A DNA stretch of 52,639 nucleotides, the filler included, from Sphacelaria rigidula (taxonomy: Eukaryota): the NCBI GenBank assembly GCA_964200075.2. It is 4 parts of 4 records of this genome, joined end to end, with 100 filler letters (N's around TTAATTAATTAA, not from the genome) between each part and the next. Parts side by side here need not be neighbours in the genome. Positions count along the whole stretch, not along the records: positions 1 to 13,086 come from CAXNAA020003160.1; positions 13,187 to 26,271 come from CAXNAA020003161.1; 2 more parts are not named here. One strand, 5' to 3'. The translations under genes were made by a program, and so were the position numbers. The notes below the pieces were generated by a model. The model worked only from the letters and a program-made list of their open reading frames with translations, was not told where the DNA came from and ran no database searches. Shown here piece by piece: positions 1 to 13,219 of the stretch. Numbering within the stretch: position 1 is the first letter of the stretch; each line of letters begins with the position of its first letter.

Positions 1-284
1 ATCGATCGACTACTGCAACATCTATTGTTCCTTGCAATGCATATCAATAGATGTATTTCACCATCTATCGTGATCGATAATATATATCGATAGATTTTTC
101 CCTGTGTCTATTGCTGAAGCAATGAACTAGTATTGTGTCCATTGTCCAGGGTGTGGAAATTACACACCGCCAAAAAGGCCGAAACACAATGACCAAAAAT
201 TGTAACCCCCTGCTGATTGCCTTCGTAGCACCCCCCCCCCCCCCCCCACCCCCCCCCCCCCCCGCCGAGGTGGCGGGCTGGTGC

Positions 285-294
285 NNNNNNNNNN
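285..294. other. Assembly gap flanked by low-quality poly-C
   Basis: N run with poly-C tracts and a near-duplicated 'caaaaaggcc..acaat..caaaaatt' on both sides. Confidence 0.95.
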
Positions 295-914
295 CCAAAA
301 AAGGCCAAAAACAATTTACAAAAATTTTTTCCCCCCTTTTTTTTCCTTCTGTGCCCCCCCCCCCCCCCCCCCCTGATGCTTTCGAGCTAAGCTGAGTTTT
401 GTGGCATATGCGCTGATGATTGTGGGTACGAGCACTCCTGGGGAACCACCGATGAAAACATGATGCTTCGAAGTGTATATTTATATTACCCATCGCGCGA
501 GTCCTCGATTGAAGTGTTGAAGTCATTGCTTTTGTGCTCTCTCTCTTATCAAACCCGTCGGACGTTCATGAGCCATCATGCAACAGCACGCCCGACCGAC
601 TCGCTGGCGTCGAGATCGCTGGCGGTGTACTTCCCACCCTCTGAGGGCCACTGCCGGCAATCCGGGTAATTTTCCGCCACGTCTTCGGATGGAGAAAAAA
701 CAAAGTCGTTGTTTCGTATTTTGTAGCCATGAAAGAAGATCGTCACGTAGCGGTAGCCTTCGTCTCCTTTTCCCCTGCAGGGCACATACCCAGCAGATAT
801 TCAAAGCAGCTGGAAGTTTTGCCCTCGATCCCACGCTGCACTCTATCCACTGAGTTCCACCCCCCCCCTCCCCCACGTCCCGCCTACCCCCTCTCATATT
901 GTTGAACGATCCAG

Positions 915-3900
915 GTGTCCTAGCACACTACCAGAGGACTGTGCAGCAGTTTGGGTCCCCGTCATCATGGCCGACAAAGCAGGCGCAGCTAACGGCAGGG
1001 CAAAGCGCATCGCATTTTGGGAGGGGTCAATCGGGTGGTATGGTTGGGGCTCCGTGCCACACTCGTGACGCCGCGGCGGGCGCGCCGTCGGCGGGGGTCG
1101 GCATAAAGGGTGCGTCGGCCGAAGTGGGAGACATCTGCCAACAAAAAATCGGTAGGTTTGTATTCGGGAGAGCCAGATAGTGATGGAAGGGGCCGGAGGG
1201 AGAGCACAATATTGCAAAGTTTTAGGGGTGGTTCGAGGGGTGGATGTAATAGCCCCCGCGCCCCGGTGTACAGGCTGGCTCATCGTTCAACTGGGTAGGA
1301 CGGAGTTGCGGGTTCAAAGTCGTAATGGATACGTTTTTTGGAATTTATTGATTTCCGGCGTTGAGATAGTAAGGACGTCTGCAGCTGTGTGTGATTGACG
1401 GAAGTCGATGGATGGAATGCAGGAGTACTGATGCAACCCGCGAAACCAGAATGTTAGGCGTGGACCCGGGGCGAGATGGGTTGATCCCTTGAGACCACGG
1501 ACTCGTTCTGAGAAGGAGGAAATGTGAAGAATGTGGCGAGAAAAAACTCCGGGCCTCGTAGCACGCGTGGATGTTGTCAACACGTGCGTCTTGTCTTGTG
1601 CTATTGGAAGCATCATTTGACACGTTTTGTTTCTGACTTGAGGTATTCATGTTGATTACGGTCATGTTTTGGTGCTCCTGCGCTGTTTTTTTCTGTGCCT
1701 CTGCCCTGTATTGACGCCCCCATTCCCCTCGTTGCTTTCATGTGTTGGTCCCGGTAATGCTTCTGTCGCCACAGAAGATCCAGGCGGCACTGCTCCCACC
1801 GGCAGTGATTGCGCTGATAGTGGGTCGTCCGTGGCGACCATGAGCGGCATTGTTGCTGCATCAAGGGGTCCAGGCAGTAATGCTTCCACGGAATGCGGTA
1901 GTGTTGTCAGTGACTTGCATGCGGCGGCGAGTTCAGGTGGTGCTTCATCCAAGGGTCCAGGCAGTACTGCTTCAACGTCGACCGGTGGCGCCGAGTCTTC
2001 GGGTCTGTCCGCTGCAGACTGGCCCGATCGTCAAACGACAGAGGAGGGTCAAGACAGCAATGCTTCAACCGAGAGCGTCAGCAGCAGCGCTGTTGGCGTC
2101 GAGTTGGCTGCGGTTGCAGTGAGTGCTAGTGGTGCGTCAGAGGCTTCAAACGTCGGCGGCAGTTGTTCAATAAACAGGGGTATGGGAAGTAGCGAGGAGG
2201 TGGTTGGGCCGTTGTGCCCAGCAACGGAGGTAGATGTCAATCGTGGGGTTCTCGAGGGTCCAGGCAGCATTGCTTCAACGAACTGCTGCAGCGACGGTTC
2301 TCACGGGTCAGCAGTGGCGACGGTCGCCGGATGTGGTACCGCAGCTGGAACTGGTGCAGACAATGATGCTTCATCGGATAGTGGTCACGGTGAAAGTGCG
2401 GGTAGTGGGTCCGTAGGGTTAAAAGAGAAGGAGACAGCGGGAATCCACGCGGATGGCGGGGAGATACGCTGCGGCGTGCGAGATGATAGCGTCGTCGGCG
2501 AGGCGGGAGAAGTAGGAGAAGGAGAAGCAAGCAGCATTCGTTGTGTCTCATCGTCAAAGTCAGGCTGTCTCTCTGCCACAGCGTCCGCACCAACGCTGGC
2601 ACACCCGGCCGCGGTCCCTACAGCGACAACCGCGGCGTCGATAGCAGAATCAGTGGCAGTAGTGGTGCAGGCTGAAGCTAGCGTCTCTTCGACGGCGGCA
2701 GCGGCAGCTGGGCGCTTGTCGGCGGTAGAAGGAACCGGATCTGAGAATGACGTGCGAGAGGTAGTTGTGGCTGGAACTGTCCCGTCCGCGCCTGCGTCTT
2801 TGTCTGCGTCTCCGGCGGTGGAGGCGGATGAACTGACAGGATTGCCCGGTGTGACGAAGCCGAATCCTACCGAAAATAGTTTAGGGATCCCCGCCAAACA
2901 TTCTCCGCCCTCCCCCGCCAGGCCGAAGACCGTATCGGTTTTTGCGCCAACGGCCGACTTGATGAGTGGATTGCTGAACGGGCGGACCAGTGGTGATACC
3001 GAGAAACGCCCCGAGGTCTCTACTGAAGAGCTCCCCGCCTGTATCTCCAGCAGTGATTTGCAGGAATTACCTGCCGTAGATCCTGGAACGCGAAGAGTCG
3101 TGGACGTGGAGAAACCCCCCACCGGGTCTGAAGCAGCAACCTCTGTGGATGGTGGAGACGTTTCCTTAGAGGATATTGTTAGCAGGGTGATTGATGCTGA
3201 CTACCCGGCGACGACAGCTCTTGGTCATGTGACGCAGTCGTGTCGAGGAGTGGAGACGGTGGACGGGAATATGGGAGTTGGGCAGAAACGTCACCGAGGG
3301 GATAGCCAGGCTGGGTTGCACGGACCGTTTGTGGGGTTTCACATGATGGCTTTCACGTCTACGTCGGCGAAGGCCGAGCGGCGAGAGCGCCGTAGGTCGA
3401 GGTCGTTTGCTACGATGGGCTTAGGTGCGTCGGGGGTAAGTGGGGAGGGGCAGGGTAGGGTATGTGTGATAAAAAGATCGAAGCACTTGTCTACTGTAGT
3501 CCGGCCGGTACTGAACATGGCTTCTTCCAAAATGCTGTCTCGCTCACCGGACGATCTTTTGGTTCTGCACTTCTTTCCGATGGGGATGGCTTGAGAGAAA
3601 ATCCCAAGTGTCAATTTCCTGGGAAATGGGCTGGGAGATGGGAGACTCAACGTACACCCATTTTTTCGCAGCCGGAAGAGATAGGCCTCCACGACAAAAA
3701 AACGATGAACACATGCACTATTCCATGCTGCCGGGGTACGAAATCACGCACACCTGTTTGTGGTATGCATCCATTTGGCGATGAAATCGCGCACAGGTGA
3801 AGGCATAACTATCGGGTCGACGACAGGTAGCCGCTACCCGTGCCCCCCTCCAACGCGGACGTCCTACACTGCTGAACGGACTTCCTCGGATGGAATCAGC

Positions 3901-6900
3901 GATCATGAAGCGGCATGTGAAACAGCTGTCTCACAGGTTACTCGGTTGAGCGATGGCGTTCCAGTTGTTTCGCCAGAGATGGTGACGAAGCCAAAGGTAT
4001 ATACCAAGAGCAACGCTTCGATTCTTCTTGTCGCAGGTGCTGACAACGACCCGGCATTCATTCCCCTGGGGTCATGGTTGCTGTTGATTCGGGTTGTAGC
4101 TGAAGTTTTGGGCAGCAAGATGAAAGTCGTGGTGGCAGCAAGGGCAGTTTATACTCACGTAACTTAGGCCGGTGAGAGCCTCGTACTTTGTTGACATTAT
4201 TTGGGCGTTGCGTGCCCTCGAAGATGTCTGAGCAACTACCGATTCCTCACCGTCTAGGTCTACCTGTAGTCGAAGGCTTGTAAAGGACTGCGCGCAAGAG
4301 AATGACACCATTCCTCGTACACTCCAGGAAATGAACGGGCGCACCTGAACGTCCCTGAATTCGTCACAAAAGATACAAAGATGATGTCTATTGTCGTGGG
4401 CGTGACTCGTCAAGAATAGTGCCCAAGGCAAGATGCACAGATGGACGTGAGTCGATTTTGAAGGGCCTCCCATGCGTCATGTAAGCGTATTTTGGCGATC
4501 GAAGAGATCGTGAGCGGGGGTTTATCCTTTTGCTTTTTTTGTGTGTTCGCGTTGAGAGTCGAACACAGCCCGTACAAACGTTCGGGTCAGCACTGCTGTA
4601 GCCTCCCTCGCGTCGCTCGGCGTGCTTTTTTCGTTCAGGGTCATGTCGTTTCCATACCCTCACGCACCTTGGGACGAATCCAGCGTTATTCCCAGGTCAT
4701 TTGAAGCGCTACTGAGATTGCCAAGTTCTCTTGTTCCTCCCTCCCCCCCAGTGCTCCGTCTCGAAAGGGACGCATGGTCAACGGTCAAACGACTAAGGCA
4801 AGCAACAGATGAGTACGCCCTCCCCCCCACGCACACACACAGCTGTATTACGAGCAGGCCATCCAGGATCAGTGTAGTATGTTACCGAAGCTGGGCGTAT
4901 GTTGTCCGCTTATGAAAGCATGGTCGCATTCCACGATTTGTCTACAAGCTCCGGAACCGAGGCATTGACGTCACCCGCATGGCACACGGGTGGAGTTTGC
5001 TACACACGTTTTACTCTTACTACGACATAATTTATTTTTTCATCTTCAGTCGTCAATTGTGATTATGTTGGTATCACTTTCATTCTTGTCATTCTTATCA
5101 TTGCTCATGTACTTTTGCCGTCTTGTCTTGTACAGGAATCACGGCCTTCGATCATCACAACCGCAGGCGCGCCAGCTGGTGGTGTTGGTCCAGGATTTTG
5201 CAGCTCTTCCTCGACTACCGACGAGATTTGTCCCAATTGCGGTGGCCGACCGTGGATAGATCAGTCGCCCTCTGTGCCCCGCGATGTTTGCAAGATTTGC
5301 ATGTGGCGACGGCCGGATGAAGTTATAAACAGAACTCGGCCGATTTCACGAGGAGGAACCAAGGAAGGTGAACGAGCCTTGCCGTATAACGCTGGACTTT
5401 CCAGTTTTGCTCGCGCAACGCTGATGACTATCATCGTGAAGTATACTCGCTTTTTTTGTTTCGAGTTCCGTCTTCCCAGAACGTGAGAACGAGAGTTGGA
5501 GAACTATCGTTTGATGAAAGTTGATAGCCCACGAGAGGACTGATATTCTACGCTCGATGAACACGACTGCAGGTTGGTTGTGGCGTAACACTTTCGTGAA
5601 GTGCTTTCTGTAGCTCCTGCGACTAGAACTTGAACTCCGTGATGTTGATCAAGTAGGTTGGCGCCCATGTCGTATGGTCTATTTTCATTATTTCAACCTC
5701 GGGGTAATCAGGAGGGTGTATGCGTGCTGTAGATCGTTGCAATTTTGGTGTTTGCGGAATGGCATCTAATCCGAACGTTGCTCGTTTCATGACAGATGAG
5801 AAGAAGACCGCCGAGAACACCGATGCACGAGGTCATTTTGAGCGGCCAGAAGCGCTTGAAGCTCCCGACAGTCGCTTATGTCTGTCCCCAACAAAAGCCG
5901 CTGGGAAATCTCCGGAGAAAATCATTACGGAGGCTGACTCGAAAGCTGATGGTATCGACCGGGACGACAGCAGTGTGGCACCTCGGTGTTTATCATCGCC
6001 CGTGTCGGTCGCCGCCGGCGCGAGCTCAAGTAGTCTCGGTAAATTGCCCCCGACGGGTGTCGGAGGTACGGCAACAGGGCTAGCTCTCGGGCCTGCACAA
6101 GGATACGACGGGGCTATTCATTCCTCGAACGTTATCGCTACTGCTACTGCTGCCGCTGCTATTGCTGCTTCTGCTGCTGCCGCTGCTGCTGTTATGAAGG
6201 CTTGTGGGATCCCTGTGCACTTGGAGAAGGCGCCAACACCTGCCTCCACCGCCGACCGGGGACAGGGTTTGACAGCCGGTGTTTCGGACATTGCAGGTGG
6301 TGGACGGGTTCATGAGACGACGGTGACCGGGGTGCCGGCGGTTCCTGTTCCGGTCGTTTCGGCGACGACCGAACGTGATGCGTTGTCATCTTCATTTTTC
6401 TCCGGACATCGAGCGAGAGACGAGGGTGTTACGTCAACAGGCGCGTCGGCGCCGGTCGAAGACGGTCAAACGGGCGGAAAGAATGCAGCGGACAGAGATG
6501 GCATAAAGGGGGCGGATGGTACATCTACAACGGACACATCTTTGGGATATCAACCGATTTTGTCACAAGCAACGGTAGGAGACGGGTCGGCGGCGGCGAC
6601 GGTGTCTGCGTTGCCGACGACTTTACCAGCATCAACTTGGCACAGGCCTCATGGCGAGCTGCAAAGCGAATCGCCTGAATCGCTTGCGACGCGTGTGGCG
6701 CTTGCAACGCGCAATGCCAAGTTACGGTACGACCAAGCGCTCAACATGTCCGCAGGAAGTTGGACAACACCTACAGCAGCTTGTACGCTGGCGACAGGGG
6801 GGAAGTCGCCGCATGGCACCATGTCGCACCCGTCACAGCTAGCAGCTTCCTCTGCTTTACCTACCGTCCAACAATCCTACCCCTCGAGCGCGTTTCCGGA

Positions 6901-8608
6901 TGTTGGAGCTACGGTGGACGGAGGGGTAAAGAGTGGTGTTGCTGATGTGAATGTTTCTACAGCGATGGCGCCGATGCACCGGCTGCTGCAACCGCATGGT
7001 GTCGAACATGACGGGCGAAGGTCACCACGACCATCACCGACTAGTTCTTTGGCTTCGCAAAGCGATCAGACGTCGGCCTCGCGGCAGTCGCTAGAGGAGG
7101 CATTTGTTGCCAAGAATAGCGGCGACACCGGCGGCGGCGTCGGCGGCGACGGCTGTGAAGTTGGTAACATTCCGACTCCGCTGGTGCACGGAACTGTTGC
7201 CATGCCAGAATCGCCGCTGCTCGTCGACGGGCCGATGATTTGCCAGCAGCGTCGCCTTCCGCTTCCATCTATTCCCAATAGTCCGCAGCAGTCTAACAAT
7301 CACATGTTGATCAATACCCCTATTGGCCATCAACAACCAACGAAGGCGGACCAAGGCAGCCATATTGGTCAAGTAACGGACCCGCAACCAATTCCCCCGC
7401 GACCTGTTACGTCCCGAAGAAAACCGCCGGCATTTTTTCGACACGACGGCTACCGTGCGGGGGAACATCCAGCGCCAGACGCCTCAGCGGCGGGGCTAGT
7501 GGACACATCATCGGTCACTTCGGCTGGGGATGCTGTGCAACGACGAGATAGCGATGCTGCTGCGTCCAACGACAGGAGCGGCCCATCAGTAAGATCTGGT
7601 GGGCCGGTTGAATGGAATGGACAGCCGGTCGAACAACCTTCCCGCGTACTCCACAAACCGGTCCATGATTCGGCCCGGGCACCTGTTCAAGCAAATTGCC
7701 AAGATTCGACGAATGCGGCCGGATTATCCTCACCGCCCGACACCCCCGTGGCACAGCACGATGGCGGCGAAGGATGCCAGGGAAGCGAAGGCGGTGGCGG
7801 TGGCGGTGACCGTGGGGGGGGCCTCGAATTGTGTCCGGGCGGGTCGATGTTATCGCCGTCGCACGCTTGGGTGTCGCCCTCGCTGCCGCCGCAGCCGCCG
7901 CCAACGGTGCCGACCGAGATGTCGTTATCATCTTCTGTAACAGCGTGTGAGGCGGAGTTATCGGGTCAAGCGCAACCTGTGCTGCACTCAAGGCAAGAGG
8001 GTTCTGTAATGTCCGCCGTCGGCATCAAGGGTAACAACAACAACAACGACAAGGGCGATATCAAGAACACAGGTTGCAGTTTTTCCATCCGACATATCGA
8101 TGAGCCTCCCTCACCGAGGGCGTTTTCTTGCGATGGTGCTACTGATTCGGCTTGCCGAAATACCGTGAACCATAGCACGGGTTATTTGCAGATGACAACG
8201 ATGCCTACATTGCCATCCAAAAAGCGCTCAGTTCCGGAAACGGCCTGCGCTACCGCTGCCTCTACCACCATCTCTGCCGTTGCCGCTGTTGACGCCGCCG
8301 GCACTCCTAGCACCGTCGGTGGTCGTGTATCCGGTGGTGCCGTTTCGTCTACAGTGGGTGACGATTTCTCCGACGGGGCGTATGGAGGTGCTGCTTGCAG
8401 TACAGGTTATCCTCCAGGATCATCGCGAGGGTCATCATCGACATCACCGTTTCCAAGAGCTGCTGCCGCTACCAGTAGTGACACGCTCTTGGAACCTCCG
8501 TCGTCGAGTTCATCACGACCCGTACCTCTCCTGGAGTCCATGGAAGGAGATACGTTGAAAGAGAGTGGTGGACCGGCCGGAGGAGGCCCAGCGGGTGCAG
8601 ATTCGAAG
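915..8608 (+). CDS. Partial multi-exon gene for a large Ser/Ala/Gly/Thr-rich, probably disordered protein. Candidate exons 915-1151, 1775-3435, ~3672-3796, 5136-5367, 5796-8608
   Basis: Long ORFs 1669-3594 and 5720-8674. Pyrimidine-rich acceptors (ccag|915, acag|1775, gcag|3672, tacag|5136, acag|5796) and GT donors (gtaggt 1152, gtaagt 3436, gtgaac 5368, gttagt 8609). Phases match for 1151>1775, 3435>3672 and 5367>5796. Region 3800-5100 unresolved; no recognisable family. Confidence 0.55.
1252..1546 (+). mobile_element. tRNA-derived SINE, family A (intronic)
   Basis: Head ccgcgccccggtgta...gcgggttcaaag (B-box-like). 3' core ATCCCTTGAGACCACGGACTC shared with 47045-47067 (+) and ~46594-46614 (-). 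A-rich tail. Confidence 0.7.
1775..2376 (+). repeat. Degenerate coding tandem repeat, ~87-96 bp (GPGS[N/T/I]AST motif)
   Basis: ggtccaggcag(t/c)aNtgcttc-like motif near 1778, 1867, 1954, 2047, 2257 and 2353. Confidence 0.75.
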
Positions 8609-9501
8609 GTTAGTTCACAGGGGAAAATCGAGGCCTGCGTAGGCTGGCGACGAACGGCACATGGGTGTACTTGATGGATAGCCGTACTCGTCACTTGTGA
8701 GTGCAATCTCAAGTTTCCGACCTTGCCTATGATTTTTTCTTGCTCCGTACGGTTGGGAGGAATAGAGCACGCAGATTTGATCTAGCGTAACACATGTGCA
8801 TCCTACACGGGAAAGGCGGTATGCAACACGGCGCACAGCCAACAACAAGTACAGCGGTGGGAATACAGGGGACCACCGAATTGCGAAGGATCAACGAACA
8901 CTTCCAGAGTTTAGCTTGCACGACCGAAATAATATTGCGGACACAGTTGCGGTATAATTTTCCTTTCTCCGTCACGTTTCGTCAGGTGCGGATTGAAGTG
9001 GTTGCTGAGACGCTTGGGGCTTCAGGTGACCCGTCTCGGTCGACAGTATTTGGGTAGCTTGATCACGCGAGAAAAATCCATCAAGTGACACACAGAAACG
9101 AACGCCCATGAAACCCCTTCTCACCAGAGGCTGCTGCAAGCTCGCTCACAAGGTGACGCATTGACGCCACAATTGATTCTTGGCCGTGAGCAGTTTCCCT
9201 TCACGAAATCCTGTTGCCCGAAAGGAAGGTGTACTATTTGCCACCGGACAATGTAGAGGAATCGAGTCCCTTGTTTGTGGAATCGCGAAGTCAATTTCCC
9301 CACGGAAGAAAAGGTCGACACCGATGTAGTGAGGACCCGACCTGAGTGTGTTTGGTGCCGACATGGAGTCATGCCACCTTTGAGGTGTAATGTTATCATA
9401 CCCTTGCTGAGTTGATATGGCCAAAGTATTCACGGTTAGGACAAATCATCACGACTAAGAATCACCAAACTCACGATTTATTCGGCCTGATTGCCCAAAA
9501 G

Positions 9502-9511
9502 NNNNNNNNNN
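9502..9511. other. Assembly gap
   Basis: N run. Confidence 0.95.
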
Positions 9512-12500
9512 ATTCGTCACGAGTCGACTCATATACTAAAACCAAGTAATTTCCAGACGAATCATTATCTGTCCGACCCTTGACAGCATTGGAAACGATT
9601 TCCAAGGTTTTTCTTTTTACACTACTCACGCCGCCACTGACCGTCCCCCCTTCGCTAGTACAACACAGAACAGTATACAGTAGACGTCGCTAAACTCAGT
9701 GTATGTTGCAGTCTTATACAAAAGATCACAGAGAATAGGTTCCGATAAACACCCCTACGGAGAGCTGATACCACAGTACGAGCTGTCAGCGGCGTCCCTG
9801 CACATGAAATAGTTATCATCGGAAGGAGCGGCAAGCCCAGAAAGAAAAGCTGCAGCATTTTCAAAAAGTAAAGCCGACACGGAAACGGCAACGTGACTAC
9901 TACAGGTTACACTATATCCCAACCGCTACCCTCCTACCGAGCTCAAAGCGTTACATATGTGAGCGTCATCACTAGAGGCTGGTGTGGTGAATTCGAACAG
10001 CGAGGTGTTCGACGCAACTTTGTCGTGCGTCCTCGTGCATAATTTGTGTCGGTACAGTATTTGTAGAGTGCATAGTGCGACAGTGCGGCTGTGGTGCAAA
10101 ACAGTTCGTACTAGACGTGTGCCATTGATTTTGATTCGCAGGTGCATGTTATGTTCGGTGGTGCAGATTGAGGGAATCATGGACCTCTGTGACTATTTGA
10201 AGTTGCGAGATTCGATCCTGAGTAGGGCATGCAGCACATCTAGTGCAAGGGGACACGGTATGGCTTCCGGCTCGAATTTGTGTCACGTGGATGCCGAAGA
10301 CATCGAATATCTCACCGAGTATTCGCCACCAAACAACCCCGAGGAATCGATCCCCCAAGAATAATTATACGTTGGCACATATGTGATGTATGACTAGGCT
10401 CACCAACCGTGGCAGTCAATGGGTGATCGGCAAGTATGTGAATACCAATGCCGTTGAGCTTCACAGCTCGTGGGGAGGGGAAGCGACGCGCTATTGCGGG
10501 GGGTAGCAATAGACAAGTATCGTGCATGCGAAGCCGTCCTCAACGTCGTACCACACAACACGCTCGCGAGGCTGTACTGTTTGTGCTGTGCTGTACCGAA
10601 CTGCCCGTGTGATGCAATCAGCTGCAAATGAAATGTCAGACAGACCATTACGTCGTGCTCCGTCTGACGCGTGCATGGGCGCGCTGGCGGGAGCGCGTAT
10701 GTGTAGCGTCAACAAGCTTTGTACGGACTACTCACTACTACAGCGTGCACTCGGAAAAAAAACTGACTCCTTCTCATTTTTTATCGTCACACTATCTCGT
10801 TACTCGTACCCACGAGACCCGTAATGGAATGAAGACATATTAAATGTATGTAATGGTTATTCTGTACACCTCACCTACTACACGCTCAAATCGTTTCCAC
10901 ATACTCGATTTTGTAGACACTGAGTCGAGCTCGCAGATGGTTTTCATCTGCCCAATTATTCCAAACACTGATGTATCATGCACAACACAGAAGGCGCTTC
11001 GGGGGTGAGGTAGTGCCGCAGTACGCCAAGCATTTATCGAACGAGCCGGCCAGCGATGGCTTCCGCCATAAAGACCGTTAATGGTTGACGACAGCGCTTT
11101 TGGTCCCACGATCATTGATTTTTCGAAAGCTGCATCGAACGAAGTTTTCAAATGACCAGCCAATGGCTCGGCTTCTCATATTCATCACTCACGTATACAA
11201 GTACGGCCTGTTATGATCCCATGATTTCACTGCAAGTATTACATCATCCGCAGTTTCTTGTTGGCAATTGCCCACAACAGAAACAAGAATTGTGAAAAAC
11301 AAAAATAAGTAACCCCGGGTAAGAACTTGTACTGCAAACGCTTCACCTCGACAGTGTGACATGCGGATACTCTCTGATCAAAACTTCAACACACCTTCGT
11401 AGCCGGGGGGGTCGAAGGTAGCTCTCTATCGCTGCCGCGTGCGTGTATGTTCTGCAGGATAATAACTACTACGGAGTGTGCTTCTATACGACCCGTGATC
11501 TGTCATTGTCCGCTAGTGAGCATGACGTTGCTAGTCGATGACGGGATCACGATAGGGTACTCTCATGCAACTGCCTGACGGACAGGCGTATAATCCCGTC
11601 ATTCGTTGTTTCTTGTTGGCGATCACCCACATCAATCAGGCGCGGGGAAGTGAGAGTGCCGGAATGGGTGAAGAGTCAAACGAAAAACACGCAGGGATTC
11701 CCGCGCCGGTGAAACACCCGACGCTTGCGACACAGGAGCTGGTTGAAGCGGATGCCATTGTGAAAAGTAACGGCTACAAGGATCGTGACGGGGTGAGAAG
11801 CCAGTCAGCATTGTTGCCGCCGGGGGTGCAAAACGCTCGTATCCTGCACATGCTGTTTCGGTGTTCGGAGGGGGTGGAATCGTCTGCTAGCCGATGGCGT
11901 CCCCGGGAAGACGAGCTCTCCAAGTTATACATGAGCGGTGAGTATTCGTTATCTGTGAGGGGTGAGGTGCAACATTGAAAAAAATACCGAGAGTGGGAAG
12001 AGTCGGCGTTGAGCTTGTAGAGTCCGTGCACGACGATTTGCCGAAACTGGAAAGGCGTTGCTTGACGCCTGTTTTGAGGTTGAGCACGAAAGGGAGGGTT
12101 CTACGAACAGTGTGGTCAGGAGGAGTCCGCGTGTTCGCTTCATCGAGCTTTGTGATGCTTTTTGGCTCTCCACTCGTTCTCAGAAGGAAGTCTTCGGTTC
12201 TAAACATAGGCTTCGAACCTTTTGCCCTTCGACCACTCATGCTGTCTGTCTTAAGACGCTCTTCAGCGACCTTCCCGGGGGTATTTCGTAGGATGGTTTT
12301 TGTAGCCGTAGATGGGCACTAACTGGAGATTCGCGGTCAACAGTGGTGATGGAAGAAATTATGCTCGATCCAGTGACTGCGCAGCCGTGTTTTCGCTTTT
12401 GTTGAAAAGGAGGGTTCATGTCTTCCCGTCGATGAAACAATCTGCATGGATAGCATCCTACATATATATTTATGTATTAGTTGACTGATCATTGCACATT

Positions 12501-13086
12501 TATTGACCACCAAGGGATCCGGCCCTGGTCACAAGATGAAGGCATCTCGGGTAAGATGAACTGAAACTATTGCTGAAGGAATCTCGAGAAAAGGGAAGAT
12601 TATATGGAAGGCCACATTTACTGCAGGCGCGACCACGCCTACTGCTGAGCTTCAATGAGACGGATATAGGCCGCTGACGGTGGCATGTCCATGGCCACGA
12701 CGAACGGCAGTTGCGTTGTAGCGGCTTTGTGTATGAGGGAGCTTGTCTTCCCACCAAATAACAAACTATGCCAAACCTTGCCCTTATAAATAGCCCATCC
12801 AGTAGTGTTAAATTTGGGGTCTGAACTATGATCACAAAGTAACGAGCGGTACGTAAGTGGCGGGTGGAAACGTCGAGATCTCGCTATGTAGTGATATAGG
12901 TGGAGCAAACGACGATAGATGATGGCAGGTGGGAAGAACATATTCAATAAATTGGGGAACATATGAAACATTTTTTTGCCATGCTCGGCGATGAAAATGT
13001 GAAGAACAGCAATTATTATTATTATTATATCATTATATCCATCACATTAGCTCGATCTCTCGAACCCGTCGTCACAGAGTGCAAGG

Positions 13087-13186
13087 NNNNNNNNNNNNNN
13101 NNNNNNNNNNNNNNNNNNNNNNNNNNNNNNTTAATTAATTAANNNNNNNNNNNNNNNNNNNNNNNNNNNNNNNNNNNNNNNNNNNN
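13087..13186. other. Assembly gap with artificial TTAATTAATTAA spacer
   Basis: N44-TTAATTAATTAA-N44; same spacer at 26272-26371 and 39456-39555. Confidence 0.95.
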
Positions 13187-13219
13187 CGAAATGTTGGGGT
13201 CCTACGGGAAAATCCAATT

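Noticed and set aside
170..375. Duplicated motif with poly-C tracts; poly-Gly/Pro ORFs
   Set aside because: Flanks a gap and looks like low-quality duplicated contig ends
2385..3122. 245-aa minus-strand ORF, and similar antisense ORFs over the gypsy and GC-rich exons
   Set aside because: Antisense shadows of GC-rich coding sequence
9900..12980. Several short ORFs that could be viral or TE relics
   Set aside because: No motif, terminus or consistent splice pattern I can support; needs a translated database search
13131..13142. TTAATTAATTAA palindrome inside N runs (also 26316-26327 and 39500-39511)
   Set aside because: Artificial scaffolding spacer with stops in all six frames; not biological
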